The notes: generated by a model from the letters alone, not told the origin. Counted from the first letter of the stretch, positions 19,958 through 29,539 are shown. The stretch is 64,000 bases of DNA from an uncultured bacterium (GCA_965660855.1 CBFIBM010000003.1:64001-128000), one strand, 5' to 3'. A program made the numbers and translations.

Positions 19958-22102
19958 TTGAAAATAACATTTCCAGTTGTTTTGTTAGCTTTCTTGTATT
20001 TTTTTTTTCATGAACTTTATGGGGAAATTAGAGGAAAAGTAATAGATCAGACCTCAGGCAAGCCAATTAAGGATGTTGAAATTACAATACCAGGAACAAG
20101 AATTGGAGTAATTTCAGATGCAGAGGGCTTTTTTAAAATAGAACATCAATCAAAAGAAAAAAAAATTCAATTAAGTCATATTGCTTATGAAAATCAATAT
20201 ATGACTTTAAATGAGATTGACACTGCTATTGTTGTTAAATTAAAAGAATCGCTTCTGCATATGGAAGATATTGTAGTTACAAGTATGCGCAGTGGTTACT
20301 TATTAAGAGATGTTCCAGTTTCAACTGAAGTAATAAGCAAAAAAGAAATATCCAGCTCCGGTGCAATAACAGTCGACGAGATTATGAGCCAACGCGCAGG
20401 TGTTTCAAGTTCAGTTAATGTTGATGGTGGCGCTATTTTTAACCTTCTAGGTCTAGATTCCAGATATATATTAGTTTTAAAAAATGGACAACCCATTACG
20501 GGAAGGTTTAATAATCGGGTAGATTTAAGTCAAATAAGCTTAAATAGAGTGCAAAAAATTGAAATTACTAAAGGACCTGGTTCCGCACTTTATGGAACAG
20601 ATGCAATGGGTGGAATTATAAATATTATAACCGATGATGATAGTAGTGAAGAGTATAATTTAAGTTATAGAGCTACAACTTTTGGTAGTAATCTATCACA
20701 AATTAAAACTGAACCAATCAATAATGTTTTATCAGGGAATATTGTTTATCCAATAAAAAATTTCATTATTTATTCGGACATAACATTTCAAAATTTTTTT
20801 AAAGGTCAACAATTCGAATACATTAGTGCGGATGAGATCGACAAAACAAATACAAATACCGAATTAAGGTGGATTTTAAATAATAGGCATTTATTTTTTT
20901 TAAACATACAAACATTTAATCAAAATGACAATGGATCTACTAGGACGGCTTTTGGTGATGTTTTGTTTAATAATTCTACAAAAATAGTCAGATCCCAGGT
21001 TTCTTTTAAGTATGATTGGAACTATTCAGAAAATGCAAAACTTGAACAATCATTTAGAATTTCAAACTATCGAAGAAATTATTCCGTGATCAATAAAGAT
21101 AATGAGATTTACAAGAAGGACCTTACAAAAGAAAAAGACATAGAATATGAAGTCATGTATACAAAATCTTATCCTAAATTTAATTTAGTATATGGAATGG
21201 AGTTTTCTCGGCCTGAATATATTAGTGACAGAATTATAGGAGGAAATCAATTATTTTATCAAAATGGGGTTTTTATTCAAACAGATATTGATATTTTCGA
21301 AAATATTGATTTTGTCACAGGAATTCGTGTTGATCGTTTTCAAGATACAGTTGTAGTAAGCCCTAGACTTGCAATTTCATATAAAAGTAAAAATAATTTG
21401 AAATTTAGAGGAGCATACGGATCAGGTTTTAGGTCTCCATCTTTTATGGAGTCTTTAATTGATTGGGAACATGTTCAATTTGATTACAGAGTTATTGGAA
21501 ATCAAAATTTAAAACCAGAAGTCTCAAAAGGTTTAACTCTAGGAGCTGAGTATACAAATAATAGTAATTTTCAGTTAAGTATTTTAATTTATAAAAATAA
21601 TTTTAAAAATTTGATTGAAGATTATTCTATAGAACCAGGAGTATTAAGCTATAGAAATATAAGTATAGCAAAATTTAGTGGATTTGAGCTAACCTCTAAA
21701 TGGGCAATAGGATCAAAAGCATCTTTAAGTAATACTTATAATTATGTTGAGAATGTTGATGGAAATGATAAAACTATTCCCAATACTATTCCTCATTCAT
21801 TAGGCTCAAGGTTCTCTTTATCCTTTTTACAAAATACAATGCTGTTATCACTAATCACTAAAATTAGTGGTAGTTATTATCCACAAGAATTTGATCCAGG
21901 TTCTGGCGATTATATTTCAACAAATAAAGCAGTTAATACTTCAATTGTATCAGATTTTATTATTCAATATACACTGAGTGGTGAGAACAAAATAAAATTT
22001 GGATTAAAAAACTTAGGTAACTACACAAATTCTACCTATGGTCCATATATTGGTAGAGTTGCCTATTTAGAAATACAAAAATCAATAAACAATAACAAAT
22101 AG
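19958..22102 (+). CDS. TonB-dependent receptor (CirA/HmuR-like)
   Basis: Carboxypeptidase-regulatory-like domain; plug VVTS.R, IEITKGPGSALYGTDAMGGIINI; GFRSPSF, GNQNLKPE; TTG start. Confidence 0.9.
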   Translation: MKITFPVVLLAFLYFFFHELYGEIRGKVIDQTSGKPIKDVEITIPGTRIGVISDAEGFFKIEHQSKEKKIQLSHIAYENQYMTLNEIDTAIVVKLKESLLHMEDIVVTSMRSGYLLRDVPVSTEVISKKEISSSGAITVDEIMSQRAGVSSSVNVDGGAIFNLLGLDSRYILVLKNGQPITGRFNNRVDLSQISLNRVQKIEITKGPGSALYGTDAMGGIINIITDDDSSEEYNLSYRATTFGSNLSQIKTEPINNVLSGNIVYPIKNFIIYSDITFQNFFKGQQFEYISADEIDKTNTNTELRWILNNRHLFFLNIQTFNQNDNGSTRTAFGDVLFNNSTKIVRSQVSFKYDWNYSENAKLEQSFRISNYRRNYSVINKDNEIYKKDLTKEKDIEYEVMYTKSYPKFNLVYGMEFSRPEYISDRIIGGNQLFYQNGVFIQTDIDIFENIDFVTGIRVDRFQDTVVVSPRLAISYKSKNNLKFRGAYGSGFRSPSFMESLIDWEHVQFDYRVIGNQNLKPEVSKGLTLGAEYTNNSNFQLSILIYKNNFKNLIEDYSIEPGVLSYRNISIAKFSGFELTSKWAIGSKASLSNTYNYVENVDGNDKTIPNTIPHSLGSRFSLSFLQNTMLLSLITKISGSYYPQEFDPGSGDYISTNKAVNTSIVSDFIIQYTLSGENKIKFGLKNLGNYTNSTYGPYIGRVAYLEIQKSINNNK

Positions 22103-22109
22103 AGGAAAA

Positions 22110-22634
22110 ATGAAAAATACAGGAATCTTTTTACTATCTTTTTTAATATTTATGTTAGGATGTGAGGATAGCAAAAATAATGAGAATAATGATGATAGTG
22201 CAGCTGCCATTCAGGTTTACACAGGTAATATAATGGAATCAAATTTTTATTATAATTTATCTACTAACTCAGAAGTAAGTTCTGAAGATACTTGGCATAT
22301 CTCAGCACAGATAAAGCAAGTAGATTTTGGTGGTCAATCATATGGAATGCCAAGCATTGTTTTAGGGAATGTATATGCACAATTATCAGATAGTACATTT
22401 AATGAAGTAACGGTACCACCAAGTCAGACTTCTGCTTGGTATCAAGATAACAGTGCTGTTGAGTACGGAGGGATAGATGAAATAATTAGCTATAATATGA
22501 CATCTCATGTAGCTAGTATTGAAAATCCAAGTCGTACTTTTATTATTTATGAGTATATAGGTCATACCACCTACAAGATTCAGTTTCTTGAGTATACTGA
22601 CGGGGTAGTCTCTTTACAATTTTTTGCATTATAA
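22110..22634 (+). CDS. HmuY-like lipoprotein
   Basis: Lipobox MLG-C; YYNLST..EV....WHI and TYKIQFLEY..G motifs resemble the HmuY family; follows a TBDR. Confidence 0.65.
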   Translation: MKNTGIFLLSFLIFMLGCEDSKNNENNDDSAAAIQVYTGNIMESNFYYNLSTNSEVSSEDTWHISAQIKQVDFGGQSYGMPSIVLGNVYAQLSDSTFNEVTVPPSQTSAWYQDNSAVEYGGIDEIISYNMTSHVASIENPSRTFIIYEYIGHTTYKIQFLEYTDGVVSLQFFAL

Positions 22635-23043
22635 ATTGAATAAAAATCAACATAATATACTGCCATCGAGTAATTTTTTTACTCGATGGCTGTGGCTTCT
22701 CATTGGCCTTATTCTAACGGCAATTGGTTTTATTGGAATTGTGGTTCCAGGCTTACCTACTACTATATTTATGATATTAGCGGCAGGTTGTTATTTTCGA
22801 AGCTCGCAAGGATTGTATAATTGGATAATTAATCATAGATACTTTGGACATCATGTTAAAAATTATCGTGAAGGAAGAGGTATGCCTTTAAAAGCAAAAA
22901 TTTTATCCCTTATAATGATGTTTGTTTTTGTTTTTTATGCATTATTCTTTTCAATTCCGGATGATCTATTGTCTTTAAAAATCATTATATTTTTAGTTGC
23001 TTCTTTTGGTGCAAAAACAATTTTAAGTCTTCCGACTAAATAA
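22624..23043 (+). CDS. YbaN/DUF454 family membrane protein
   Basis: GFIGIVVPGLPTT.F.ILAA.CY.RSS...H.YFG...G.GMP.KAK; exact start uncertain. Confidence 0.88.
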   Translation: MHYKLNKNQHNILPSSNFFTRWLWLLIGLILTAIGFIGIVVPGLPTTIFMILAAGCYFRSSQGLYNWIINHRYFGHHVKNYREGRGMPLKAKILSLIMMFVFVFYALFFSIPDDLLSLKIIIFLVASFGAKTILSLPTK

Positions 23044-23119
23044 CATATTTTTAATGTTACTTTATAATTCTGAGATATAAAACCAGATACGATAATTTTA
23101 ATAATAGTAAGATTTGTAT

Positions 23120-23815
23120 ATGAATTTCTATTCTTTATTTGGTTTTATACCTAAACATACTTTGCTAGTTGTTTTACCAAGATTAGCTACAATTTTATTT
23201 ATTTTTTTTCAGCTTGCGGGAATGTTTTTATATCCAGGAGGTACAATGTTTAATTCCGCGTCAAAGGGTTATACTTTTTCAGAAAACTTTTTTTCGGATA
23301 TGGGCGCATATACTGCAAGGAATGGAGAACCAAACTATCTTTCAATGATTCTGTTTTCGTTTTCATTAGCTATTGTAGGGGTAACATTTATATTATATTA
23401 CTTTACACTGCCTTTACTTTTCAAAAGTAATAAATTAAATTATTTATTTACTTTGATTGGTACTTTATTTGCATTTATGGGTTCTATATGTTTAATTGGA
23501 ACAGGTCTGACACCATCTGATCTAGTTTTGAAAAGTCATCAGTTTTTTGCAAACAATATTTTTTATTCCTTCTTATTAACTTCATTCTTTTATACTATAG
23601 CTATTTTTAGATCAAATCAAATAGAAAAAAAATATGCTATTGGTTATTTTATATTTTTTTTATCAATATTCATCTATGTGGGAATACTAAATTTTGGGCC
23701 ATCGGCTGATTTAAACAATTCAGCTCTTATTTTTCAAGTTATTTCACAAAAAATTATAGTATTAGTTTTTATTTTTTCAGTTATCCACCAAACATTTGGT
23801 TTCTCAAAGTTATAA
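23120..23815 (+). CDS. Multi-pass membrane protein (DUF998-like)
   Basis: About six TM segments; YPGG...Y.FSENFFSDMG motif; ATG at 23120 preferred over TTG at 23114. Confidence 0.55.
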   Translation: MNFYSLFGFIPKHTLLVVLPRLATILFIFFQLAGMFLYPGGTMFNSASKGYTFSENFFSDMGAYTARNGEPNYLSMILFSFSLAIVGVTFILYYFTLPLLFKSNKLNYLFTLIGTLFAFMGSICLIGTGLTPSDLVLKSHQFFANNIFYSFLLTSFFYTIAIFRSNQIEKKYAIGYFIFFLSIFIYVGILNFGPSADLNNSALIFQVISQKIIVLVFIFSVIHQTFGFSKL

Positions 23816-23931
23816 ATTAAAGATGCTAAAATATTAAATAGAATTGAGTTTTTAAAATATAGTAAATCATAGATAAATTGTATCAATCAAAATTTTTGAA
23901 TATTGAATTATAGTATATTAGGAGGACAATA

Positions 23932-24123
23932 GTGAAAAATTTATCAGTAATAATTTTTTCTTTCTTTTCTTTAATCATAGCTATTTCCGCTATGAATTAT
24001 GAAATAAATACTAGTTCTCCTAATTGTGTACCATTCAAAGGAAAAGGGTTTAACTCTTGTTGTTCAATTGATATGAAATCAACATACAACAAATCATGTG
24101 AAAAGAATTGCTGTCTCAAATAA
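23932..24123 (+). CDS. Small secreted cysteine-rich peptide
   Basis: AGGAGG at 23920-23925 before a GTG start; signal-peptide-like N-terminus; six Cys. Confidence 0.7.
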   Translation: MKNLSVIIFSFFSLIIAISAMNYEINTSSPNCVPFKGKGFNSCCSIDMKSTYNKSCEKNCCLK

Positions 24124-24139
24124 CCGAGTAGCTAGCTTT

Positions 24140-25528
24140 ATGAAAAATTACATTACCCTATTCAGTTTAATAACTATAGTTAGTTCTGAACCAGGAGACT
24201 TAGTTGAATATAATTTTCAAAATAGAGTTCCAGTAACCTCGATAAATAACATTATTAGTAGTCTTGCTAATTCTCTTGGTTTTAATTCTTTTGATTTGAA
24301 TTATTCAATTAATATATATGATATTCATTATGAATCTATAAATGTTGAGGGTAGCTTGGATACTTTATCAGGATTGATATGTATCCCAGAATCTAATACT
24401 AAATCATTTCCGATTTTAAGTTATCAACATGGCACTCAAATACTTGATTCTTCTGCACCATCAATTGTAGGAGTAAGCCTATCTGGAATATATAATAATT
24501 TTGAAACTACTTTAATTGGTTTGATTACAGCATCATCGGGTTTTATATCTTTGCTTCCTGATTACGAAGGTCTGGGAAATACTGAAAGGTTTCATCCTTA
24601 TATTGTTGGTGAATCTTATGGTAAATCTTTGGTAAATATGATCCGTGCATCAAAAAAATTTTCCAAAGAAATAAATGGTGCCCAAAAATTTCAAAGTAAT
24701 AATCAATTATTTTTACTGGGCTATTCAGAAGGAGGATATGCTACTCTTGCGGCCCAAAAAGATATTGAACTTAATTTTTTTGACGAGTTCCAAATTACAG
24801 CCTCTTTTCCAATGGCGGGACCATATGACCTTTCGGGCACAATGGTTGACTATTTTTTATCTGATCCTGATTACTCACAACCATACTATGTACCATATGT
24901 ATTGACTAGTTATTTATGGACTTATGAGGGGTTGGATGTCGATTTTTCTGATTACTTTACTCCATTTTGGGCTGAAAACCTTCCTATTCTTTATGATGGT
25001 AGTCATTCCTCCAGTGAAATAAATTCAATGATGCCTAATAACCCACTTGATATTTTATTACCTGAGGTATTGGAAGAATTTCAGAATAATCAGGATCACT
25101 TTTTTAGGCAAACGTTGCAAGAAAATACTCTTTTGGATTGGACTCCATTAAGTCCTACATTTTTTTATCATGGTTTAGGTGATGATATAATACCTTATCA
25201 AAATAGCCAGGCTGTGTATAATATATTTACAGAAAATGGTGCTTCTAATGTAAACCTAATACTCTTTCCAGAAGTTCTAGGTGGTCACTCTGAGGTCGCA
25301 ATAACGTGTTTATTATCAGGGTTTGAAACTGCTTTAGATTATCAAATCATAAATAATAAAGGAGATGTAAATATTGATGGCAACATAACTATTTTAGATC
25401 TAACAATAGTGATATCTCATCTGTTTGATGAAACAAATTTTTTAGACCTTGAGTATTGGGCTGCAGATGTAAATTTTGATAATAATATATCTTTATTTGA
25501 TATTTTGCTTTTAGCAGATAGTTTATAA
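24140..25528 (+). CDS. Secretory lipase-family alpha/beta hydrolase with C-terminal dockerin
   Basis: SYQHGT, PDYEGLG, nucleophile GYSEGG, AGPYDL, HGLGDDIIP, GH; dockerin GDVNIDGNITILDL...ADVNFDNNISLFDI; ATG 24140 gives a clean signal peptide. Confidence 0.87.
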   Translation: MKNYITLFSLITIVSSEPGDLVEYNFQNRVPVTSINNIISSLANSLGFNSFDLNYSINIYDIHYESINVEGSLDTLSGLICIPESNTKSFPILSYQHGTQILDSSAPSIVGVSLSGIYNNFETTLIGLITASSGFISLLPDYEGLGNTERFHPYIVGESYGKSLVNMIRASKKFSKEINGAQKFQSNNQLFLLGYSEGGYATLAAQKDIELNFFDEFQITASFPMAGPYDLSGTMVDYFLSDPDYSQPYYVPYVLTSYLWTYEGLDVDFSDYFTPFWAENLPILYDGSHSSSEINSMMPNNPLDILLPEVLEEFQNNQDHFFRQTLQENTLLDWTPLSPTFFYHGLGDDIIPYQNSQAVYNIFTENGASNVNLILFPEVLGGHSEVAITCLLSGFETALDYQIINNKGDVNIDGNITILDLTIVISHLFDETNFLDLEYWAADVNFDNNISLFDILLLADSL

Positions 25529-25624
25529 TATTTCTATGAAAAAATATGTTATAAGAGGATTAATAATTTTATTTCTCTGCTACTTATTATTTTACTACCT
25601 ATTAATTTGGTCAACTTATTTTTG

Positions 25625-25795
25625 ATGAAGTTAAGTTTAAAAAAAATATTATTAATGATTTTTTGGATGGGTATAGCAGGGGGTATAGTTATTATTTTAG
25701 ATAGGTTTTTTAATCCTCCAGATGAAATATCAGGAGTGCTATATTTTTTGAGTATTGGAATAGCTGCTTCTGCAACTTTGAACTATTATAAGTAA
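25625..25795 (+). CDS. Small two-TM membrane protein
   Basis: MKLSLKKILLMIFWMGIAGG...; two hydrophobic segments; ends 5 nt before the methyltransferase start. Confidence 0.55.
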   Translation: MKLSLKKILLMIFWMGIAGGIVIILDRFFNPPDEISGVLYFLSIGIAASATLNYYK

Positions 25796-25800
25796 GTTTT

Positions 25801-26415
25801 ATGAAGAAAAAAGCCACAGATATTTTTAGTGATTGGGCAGAAAACGGTAAAGATTTAGGAATGGAGATATCACATTCAAAAGCAGTAAACACCATGCTTA
25901 AATATTTATTAAGAAACCAAAAAAAATCTTTTGATTTTATTGATGCAGGTTGTGGAAATGGATGGGTAATTAGAAAAGTTAAAAAGAATAAACAATGTAA
26001 GGTTGCTATTGGAGTTGATGGGGCTAAAATTATGATAGAAAAAGCAGTCGTTAATGATCCAAAAGGGAAATATTATCATACAGATTTATTAAAGTGGTCT
26101 CCCAATAAAAAAGTTGACTTTATTCATAGTATGGAGGTCTTATATTACTTTAATAAACCTAAAACTTTAATAACTCATATGATTACTTCTTGGTTAAAAC
26201 CTGGTGGAAAATTTATTTCTGGATTAGATTATTATGAAGAAAATATAAACTCTCATACATGGCCTACTAGTTTGAACACAGATATGACCTTGTTATCAAT
26301 GCAAAAATGGGGCGATTTATTAAAAAATTGTGGTTTGAAAAATATTAAAGTTTTTCAAACTAATACTTCTTCAACATTCCTTGGAACTCTTGTTATATAC
26401 GGAGAAAAAGAATAA
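25801..26415 (+). CDS. Class I SAM-dependent methyltransferase
   Basis: IDAGCGNG motif I, GVDG, SMEVLYY, LKPGG. Confidence 0.9.
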   Translation: MKKKATDIFSDWAENGKDLGMEISHSKAVNTMLKYLLRNQKKSFDFIDAGCGNGWVIRKVKKNKQCKVAIGVDGAKIMIEKAVVNDPKGKYYHTDLLKWSPNKKVDFIHSMEVLYYFNKPKTLITHMITSWLKPGGKFISGLDYYEENINSHTWPTSLNTDMTLLSMQKWGDLLKNCGLKNIKVFQTNTSSTFLGTLVIYGEKE

Positions 26416-26416
26416 A

Positions 26417-26923
26417 ATGCCTTTTCGTGGTAAAAAATATAATTGGTTACTGTTAATAATTTTTTTGTCAATAATAAATTTAATAAATGGTCAAAACTCT
26501 ACAAAACTCAAACATAAAAGAGGGAATATGAAAAAAACTGACTCCGAATGGGAAAAAATATTATCTGCTGAAGAATATCATATTTTAAGAGAAAAAGGAA
26601 CTGAGCGTGCATTTACAGGTGAGTATGACAAACATTTTGAAGAAGGGACTTATGTGTGCTCTGGTTGTGGAACAAAAATTTTTGAATCAGATTCAAAATA
26701 TAATTCTGGGTGTGGGTGGCCTGCTTTCTCTGAGGCAGTTCCTAATTCTGTTGAAGAGACTCAAGATAATAGTTTTGGCATGAGACGCATAGAAATCACA
26801 TGCAAAAATTGTGATGGACATTTAGGACATGTTTTTAATGATGGACCGAAGCCAACAGGAATTCGCTATTGTATAAATTCAGTTGCAATGGATTTCTTAC
26901 CACAAGATAATAAAAAGAAATAG
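26417..26923 (+). CDS. msrB: Peptide methionine sulfoxide reductase MsrB
   Basis: GTERAFTG, two CxxC motifs, GCGWPAF, HLGHVFNDGP, RYCINS; start is either 26417 or 26528. Confidence 0.95.
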   Translation: MPFRGKKYNWLLLIIFLSIINLINGQNSTKLKHKRGNMKKTDSEWEKILSAEEYHILREKGTERAFTGEYDKHFEEGTYVCSGCGTKIFESDSKYNSGCGWPAFSEAVPNSVEETQDNSFGMRRIEITCKNCDGHLGHVFNDGPKPTGIRYCINSVAMDFLPQDNKKK

Positions 26924-26926
26924 CCT

Positions 26927-27532
26927 TTATCTATAAATAAATTCTTGGATAGTTCGTCGTTCTGTAAGTGGAATTTTATGGCCGGTTGAAAATAATTTTA
27001 GGGATACTAAATAGCCTTGAGATTTCAATATTGTGTAAGATTCCTCACTTTCTAAAGGAAAAACTATTTCATCCTTTTGTCCATGTAATAAAAGAACACG
27101 TGTTTTTTTGCTATATATATTAAATTCATCTTTTGATTTATTTTTAAATTTAAAAAAACCTGCAATAGGTATTACACCTCCTAATGAAAAATTTTGACGT
27201 ATTAAAAACTCTAAGGAAATGCTTGCCCCTTGAGAAAAACCCAAAATAAAGATATCTTTATTTAAAAAACCTTCTTTATTAGCTAATTTAATAATTTCTG
27301 AAATAATTTTGATTGACTTATTACATTTCCATTTCTGTTTATCATCTTGGAAATACCAAGAGTATCCTTTTTTTGGAGATACGTAGGGTGCTTCGGGTAT
27401 TAGCCATTTAGTTTTTTTTAGATTTAACATTTTAGCTATCGGTTTCATTGAATTTATGTCCCCGGTCCACCCATGAAGAGCAACCACTGCCCTTGTGGGC
27501 TTTTCAGATGTTGAAAAAGATTCTAATTTCAT
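26927..27532 (-). CDS. Phospholipase/carboxylesterase (alpha/beta hydrolase)
   Basis: LHGW, GFSQG nucleophile elbow, HGQKDEIV, GH. Confidence 0.88.
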   Translation of the reverse strand: MKLESFSTSEKPTRAVVALHGWTGDINSMKPIAKMLNLKKTKWLIPEAPYVSPKKGYSWYFQDDKQKWKCNKSIKIISEIIKLANKEGFLNKDIFILGFSQGASISLEFLIRQNFSLGGVIPIAGFFKFKNKSKDEFNIYSKKTRVLLLHGQKDEIVFPLESEESYTILKSQGYLVSLKLFSTGHKIPLTERRTIQEFIYR

Positions 27533-27577
27533 TTAAGATAAATCGATGATTAATATACTTTGTATTTAATTTATCTT

Positions 27578-28243
27578 TTATAATAAATTAGATTTTCTTG
27601 ATTCTTCGTAATCAGTCATTCTTTTTGAAAAATCCTTAAAATTTACTGCTTGGAGTAAAGAGCTAATTTTTATATTGTCTTTTAATGTAATACTTTTTTT
27701 CTCACTATAGTGATGTCCTGGATAAACTCGTAAATGATCTGGAAGTTTTAAAATTTTATTATAAATAGATAAATACAAATCTTCTATATCGCTCCCTGAG
27801 CTAATTACGCGCCCAGTTCTTCCGACAAACAACGTGTCGCCAGTAAAAATAACAGGTGATAAAAAGTAGCAAATCGAGTCAAAATAGTGTCCAGGTGTAT
27901 GGATACTTTTAATTTTTAAATCTCCAATTTTTATAATTTCATTATCATTAATAATTTTAAAATTTGAATATAAAAATTTATCTGATGATTCAGGATGCCC
28001 AAAAATAAATATTTCTGGATTATTAATTACATATTCATCAATATATTTGATGTGATCATGATGACTATGGGTAATTAATATTGCAGCAGGGGCTCTTTTT
28101 AGAAATGGCTTAATAGAGGAAAATTCAACTGAGGGGTCAATAATTACTTGTATTCCACTCGCATAGCATGTTAAGACGTAGCAAAAATTATTATCATAAC
28201 CACCTAATACAGATTGAATAGAATAATTTGAATTGTTTATCAT
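27578..28243 (-). CDS. MBL-fold metallo-hydrolase (glyoxalase II-like)
   Basis: THSHHDH, HTPGH, FTGDTLF, YPGH. Confidence 0.9.
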   Translation of the reverse strand: MINNSNYSIQSVLGGYDNNFCYVLTCYASGIQVIIDPSVEFSSIKPFLKRAPAAILITHSHHDHIKYIDEYVINNPEIFIFGHPESSDKFLYSNFKIINDNEIIKIGDLKIKSIHTPGHYFDSICYFLSPVIFTGDTLFVGRTGRVISSGSDIEDLYLSIYNKILKLPDHLRVYPGHHYSEKKSITLKDNIKISSLLQAVNFKDFSKRMTDYEESRKSNLL

Positions 28244-28343
28244 GAATTTTTAGAGAGTTTCTATAATTTTTTGTAGATTTAGGCATATTGAAATTACATT
28301 ATTAAACAATATAATATCTCAATAAATAAATAGAGGTTATTAA

Positions 28344-28511
28344 ATGAAAAATAAACAAATAGCATGGTATCTCATTTTTGCTGGCCTCATAATATTTATG
28401 ATAGAGTTTGTAACAACTATTTTAGCTTTTATTGGAAACCATCCATTACTTGGTTTAGCATGTCTAATTATACTAGTGGGTATTTTTCTTCTTGCATATG
28501 ATGATGAATAA
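28344..28511 (+). CDS. Small 55-aa membrane protein (not in ORF track)
   Basis: GAGG RBS at 28333-28336, ATG 28344; MKNKQIAWYLIFAGLIIFMIEFVTTILAFIGNHPLLGLACLIILVGIFLLAYDDE; two hydrophobic segments. Confidence 0.6.
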   Translation: MKNKQIAWYLIFAGLIIFMIEFVTTILAFIGNHPLLGLACLIILVGIFLLAYDDE

Positions 28512-28544
28512 ATGATGACTTTAATAAAAAAAAAGGGAAACTAA

Positions 28545-29231
28545 ATGAAAATCAGTATTATCCTAACGATGTTATTTATGATAGCATGTAGTAATCAAAG
28601 TTCTAAAAAGTCAACTTCAAGCCTTGAAAATTTTGATGATTCTACAAGCTACTCAATTGGTGCAGATTTAGGTGTAAACCTTAAAAGACAAAATGTCGAT
28701 ATTAATTATGATGTGTTTTTGGCAGGCTTAGTCGATGGAATGGAGCTAAGTGATAAGGATGTGAAATTAAATCAAAGTGAAAGAAGAAAAGTGATGTCTG
28801 TTTTGCAAAATAGAATAAGAGAAAAAGAAAAAAATCAAGGTGGAGAAAATTTAAAAGCAGCTGAAGCTTTTTTATCTGAAAATAAAAAAAAGATAGATAT
28901 AAAAGAAACCCCAACAGGTCTTCAATATAGAGCTTTAAAAGAAGGAGATGGTGAAAAACCTAATGCAGATGAAAAGGTAAAGGTTCATTATGTTGGTCGG
29001 TTAATAGATGGGACTAAATTTGATAGTTCCATTGATAGAGGAGAACCTGCTGAATTTGGACTAAATCAAGTTATAAAAGGATGGACAGAAGGTTTACAAT
29101 TAATGAAAGTTGGATCAAAATATGAATTTTTCATTCATCCTAAAATTGCATATGGTTCAAGACCCAGACCTCAAATTCCTGCAAATAGCTTGTTAATTTT
29201 TGAAGTAGAGCTACTTGAAATTTTAAAATAG
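28545..29231 (+). CDS. FKBP-type peptidyl-prolyl isomerase (FkpA/Mip-like), probable lipoprotein
   Basis: MIA-C lipobox; SYSIG dimerisation helix; VKVHYVGRLIDGTKFDSS, VIKGWTEGLQLM, LIFEVELL. Confidence 0.93.
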   Translation: MKISIILTMLFMIACSNQSSKKSTSSLENFDDSTSYSIGADLGVNLKRQNVDINYDVFLAGLVDGMELSDKDVKLNQSERRKVMSVLQNRIREKEKNQGGENLKAAEAFLSENKKKIDIKETPTGLQYRALKEGDGEKPNADEKVKVHYVGRLIDGTKFDSSIDRGEPAEFGLNQVIKGWTEGLQLMKVGSKYEFFIHPKIAYGSRPRPQIPANSLLIFEVELLEILK

Positions 29232-29253
29232 ATATTATTCTAATAAATTAATG

Positions 29254-29284
29254 AAAAAAGGGAGTGAAAACTCCCTTTTTTTTT
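29254..29284. terminator. Bidirectional intrinsic terminator
   Basis: AAAAAAGGGAGT-GAAA-ACTCCCTTTTTTTTT between the convergent FKBP gene and tRNA. Confidence 0.85.
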
Positions 29285-29287
29285 GTG

Positions 29288-29361
29288 TACGCCCGAGAGG
29301 ATTCGAACCTCTGACCCTCTCCTTAGAAGGGAGATGCTCTATCCAGCTGAGCTACGGGCGC
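29288..29361 (-). tRNA. tRNA-Arg (anticodon UCU), CCA not encoded
   Basis: Minus strand GCGCCCGTAGCTCAGCTGGATAGAGCATCTCCCTTCTAAGGAGAGGGTCAGAGGTTCGAATCCTCTCGGGCGTA; stem TCTCC/GGAGA around loop CT-TCT-AA; TTCGAAT T-loop. Confidence 0.97.
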
Positions 29362-29539
29362 ATACTAAAGTAAATTTACAAAGATTTTTATTGTAATAAC
29401 AATAAAGGGTTCAACATTATTATAATTATATTGTTCTTAAACTATTGATAAAAATTTTAATGGTAATTTGGATTAATTCAAGTTTAATTATTGAAATAAT
29501 ACGCTTTAGATACAGATAAATCATTATCATAGAAAAAAC

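Noticed and set aside
16324..23789. Isolated 8/9 DnaA-box-like words (TTATCCAAA near 16324, TTATCCACC near 23781)
   Set aside because: Single, far apart and one is within a CDS; no cluster indicating oriC.
26860..26885. Possible selenocysteine in MsrB
   Set aside because: The catalytic RYCINS codon is TGT (Cys); no in-frame TGA.
29387..29406. Inverted repeat TTTATTGT-AATA-ACAATAAA upstream of the tRNA
   Set aside because: Almost all A/T with no recognised regulator match; may be chance.
29509..29530. Fur-like half site (GATAAATCATTATCA) upstream of the small basic protein gene
   Set aside because: Only about 10/14 of the 7-1-7 consensus with one good half; weak in AT-rich DNA.
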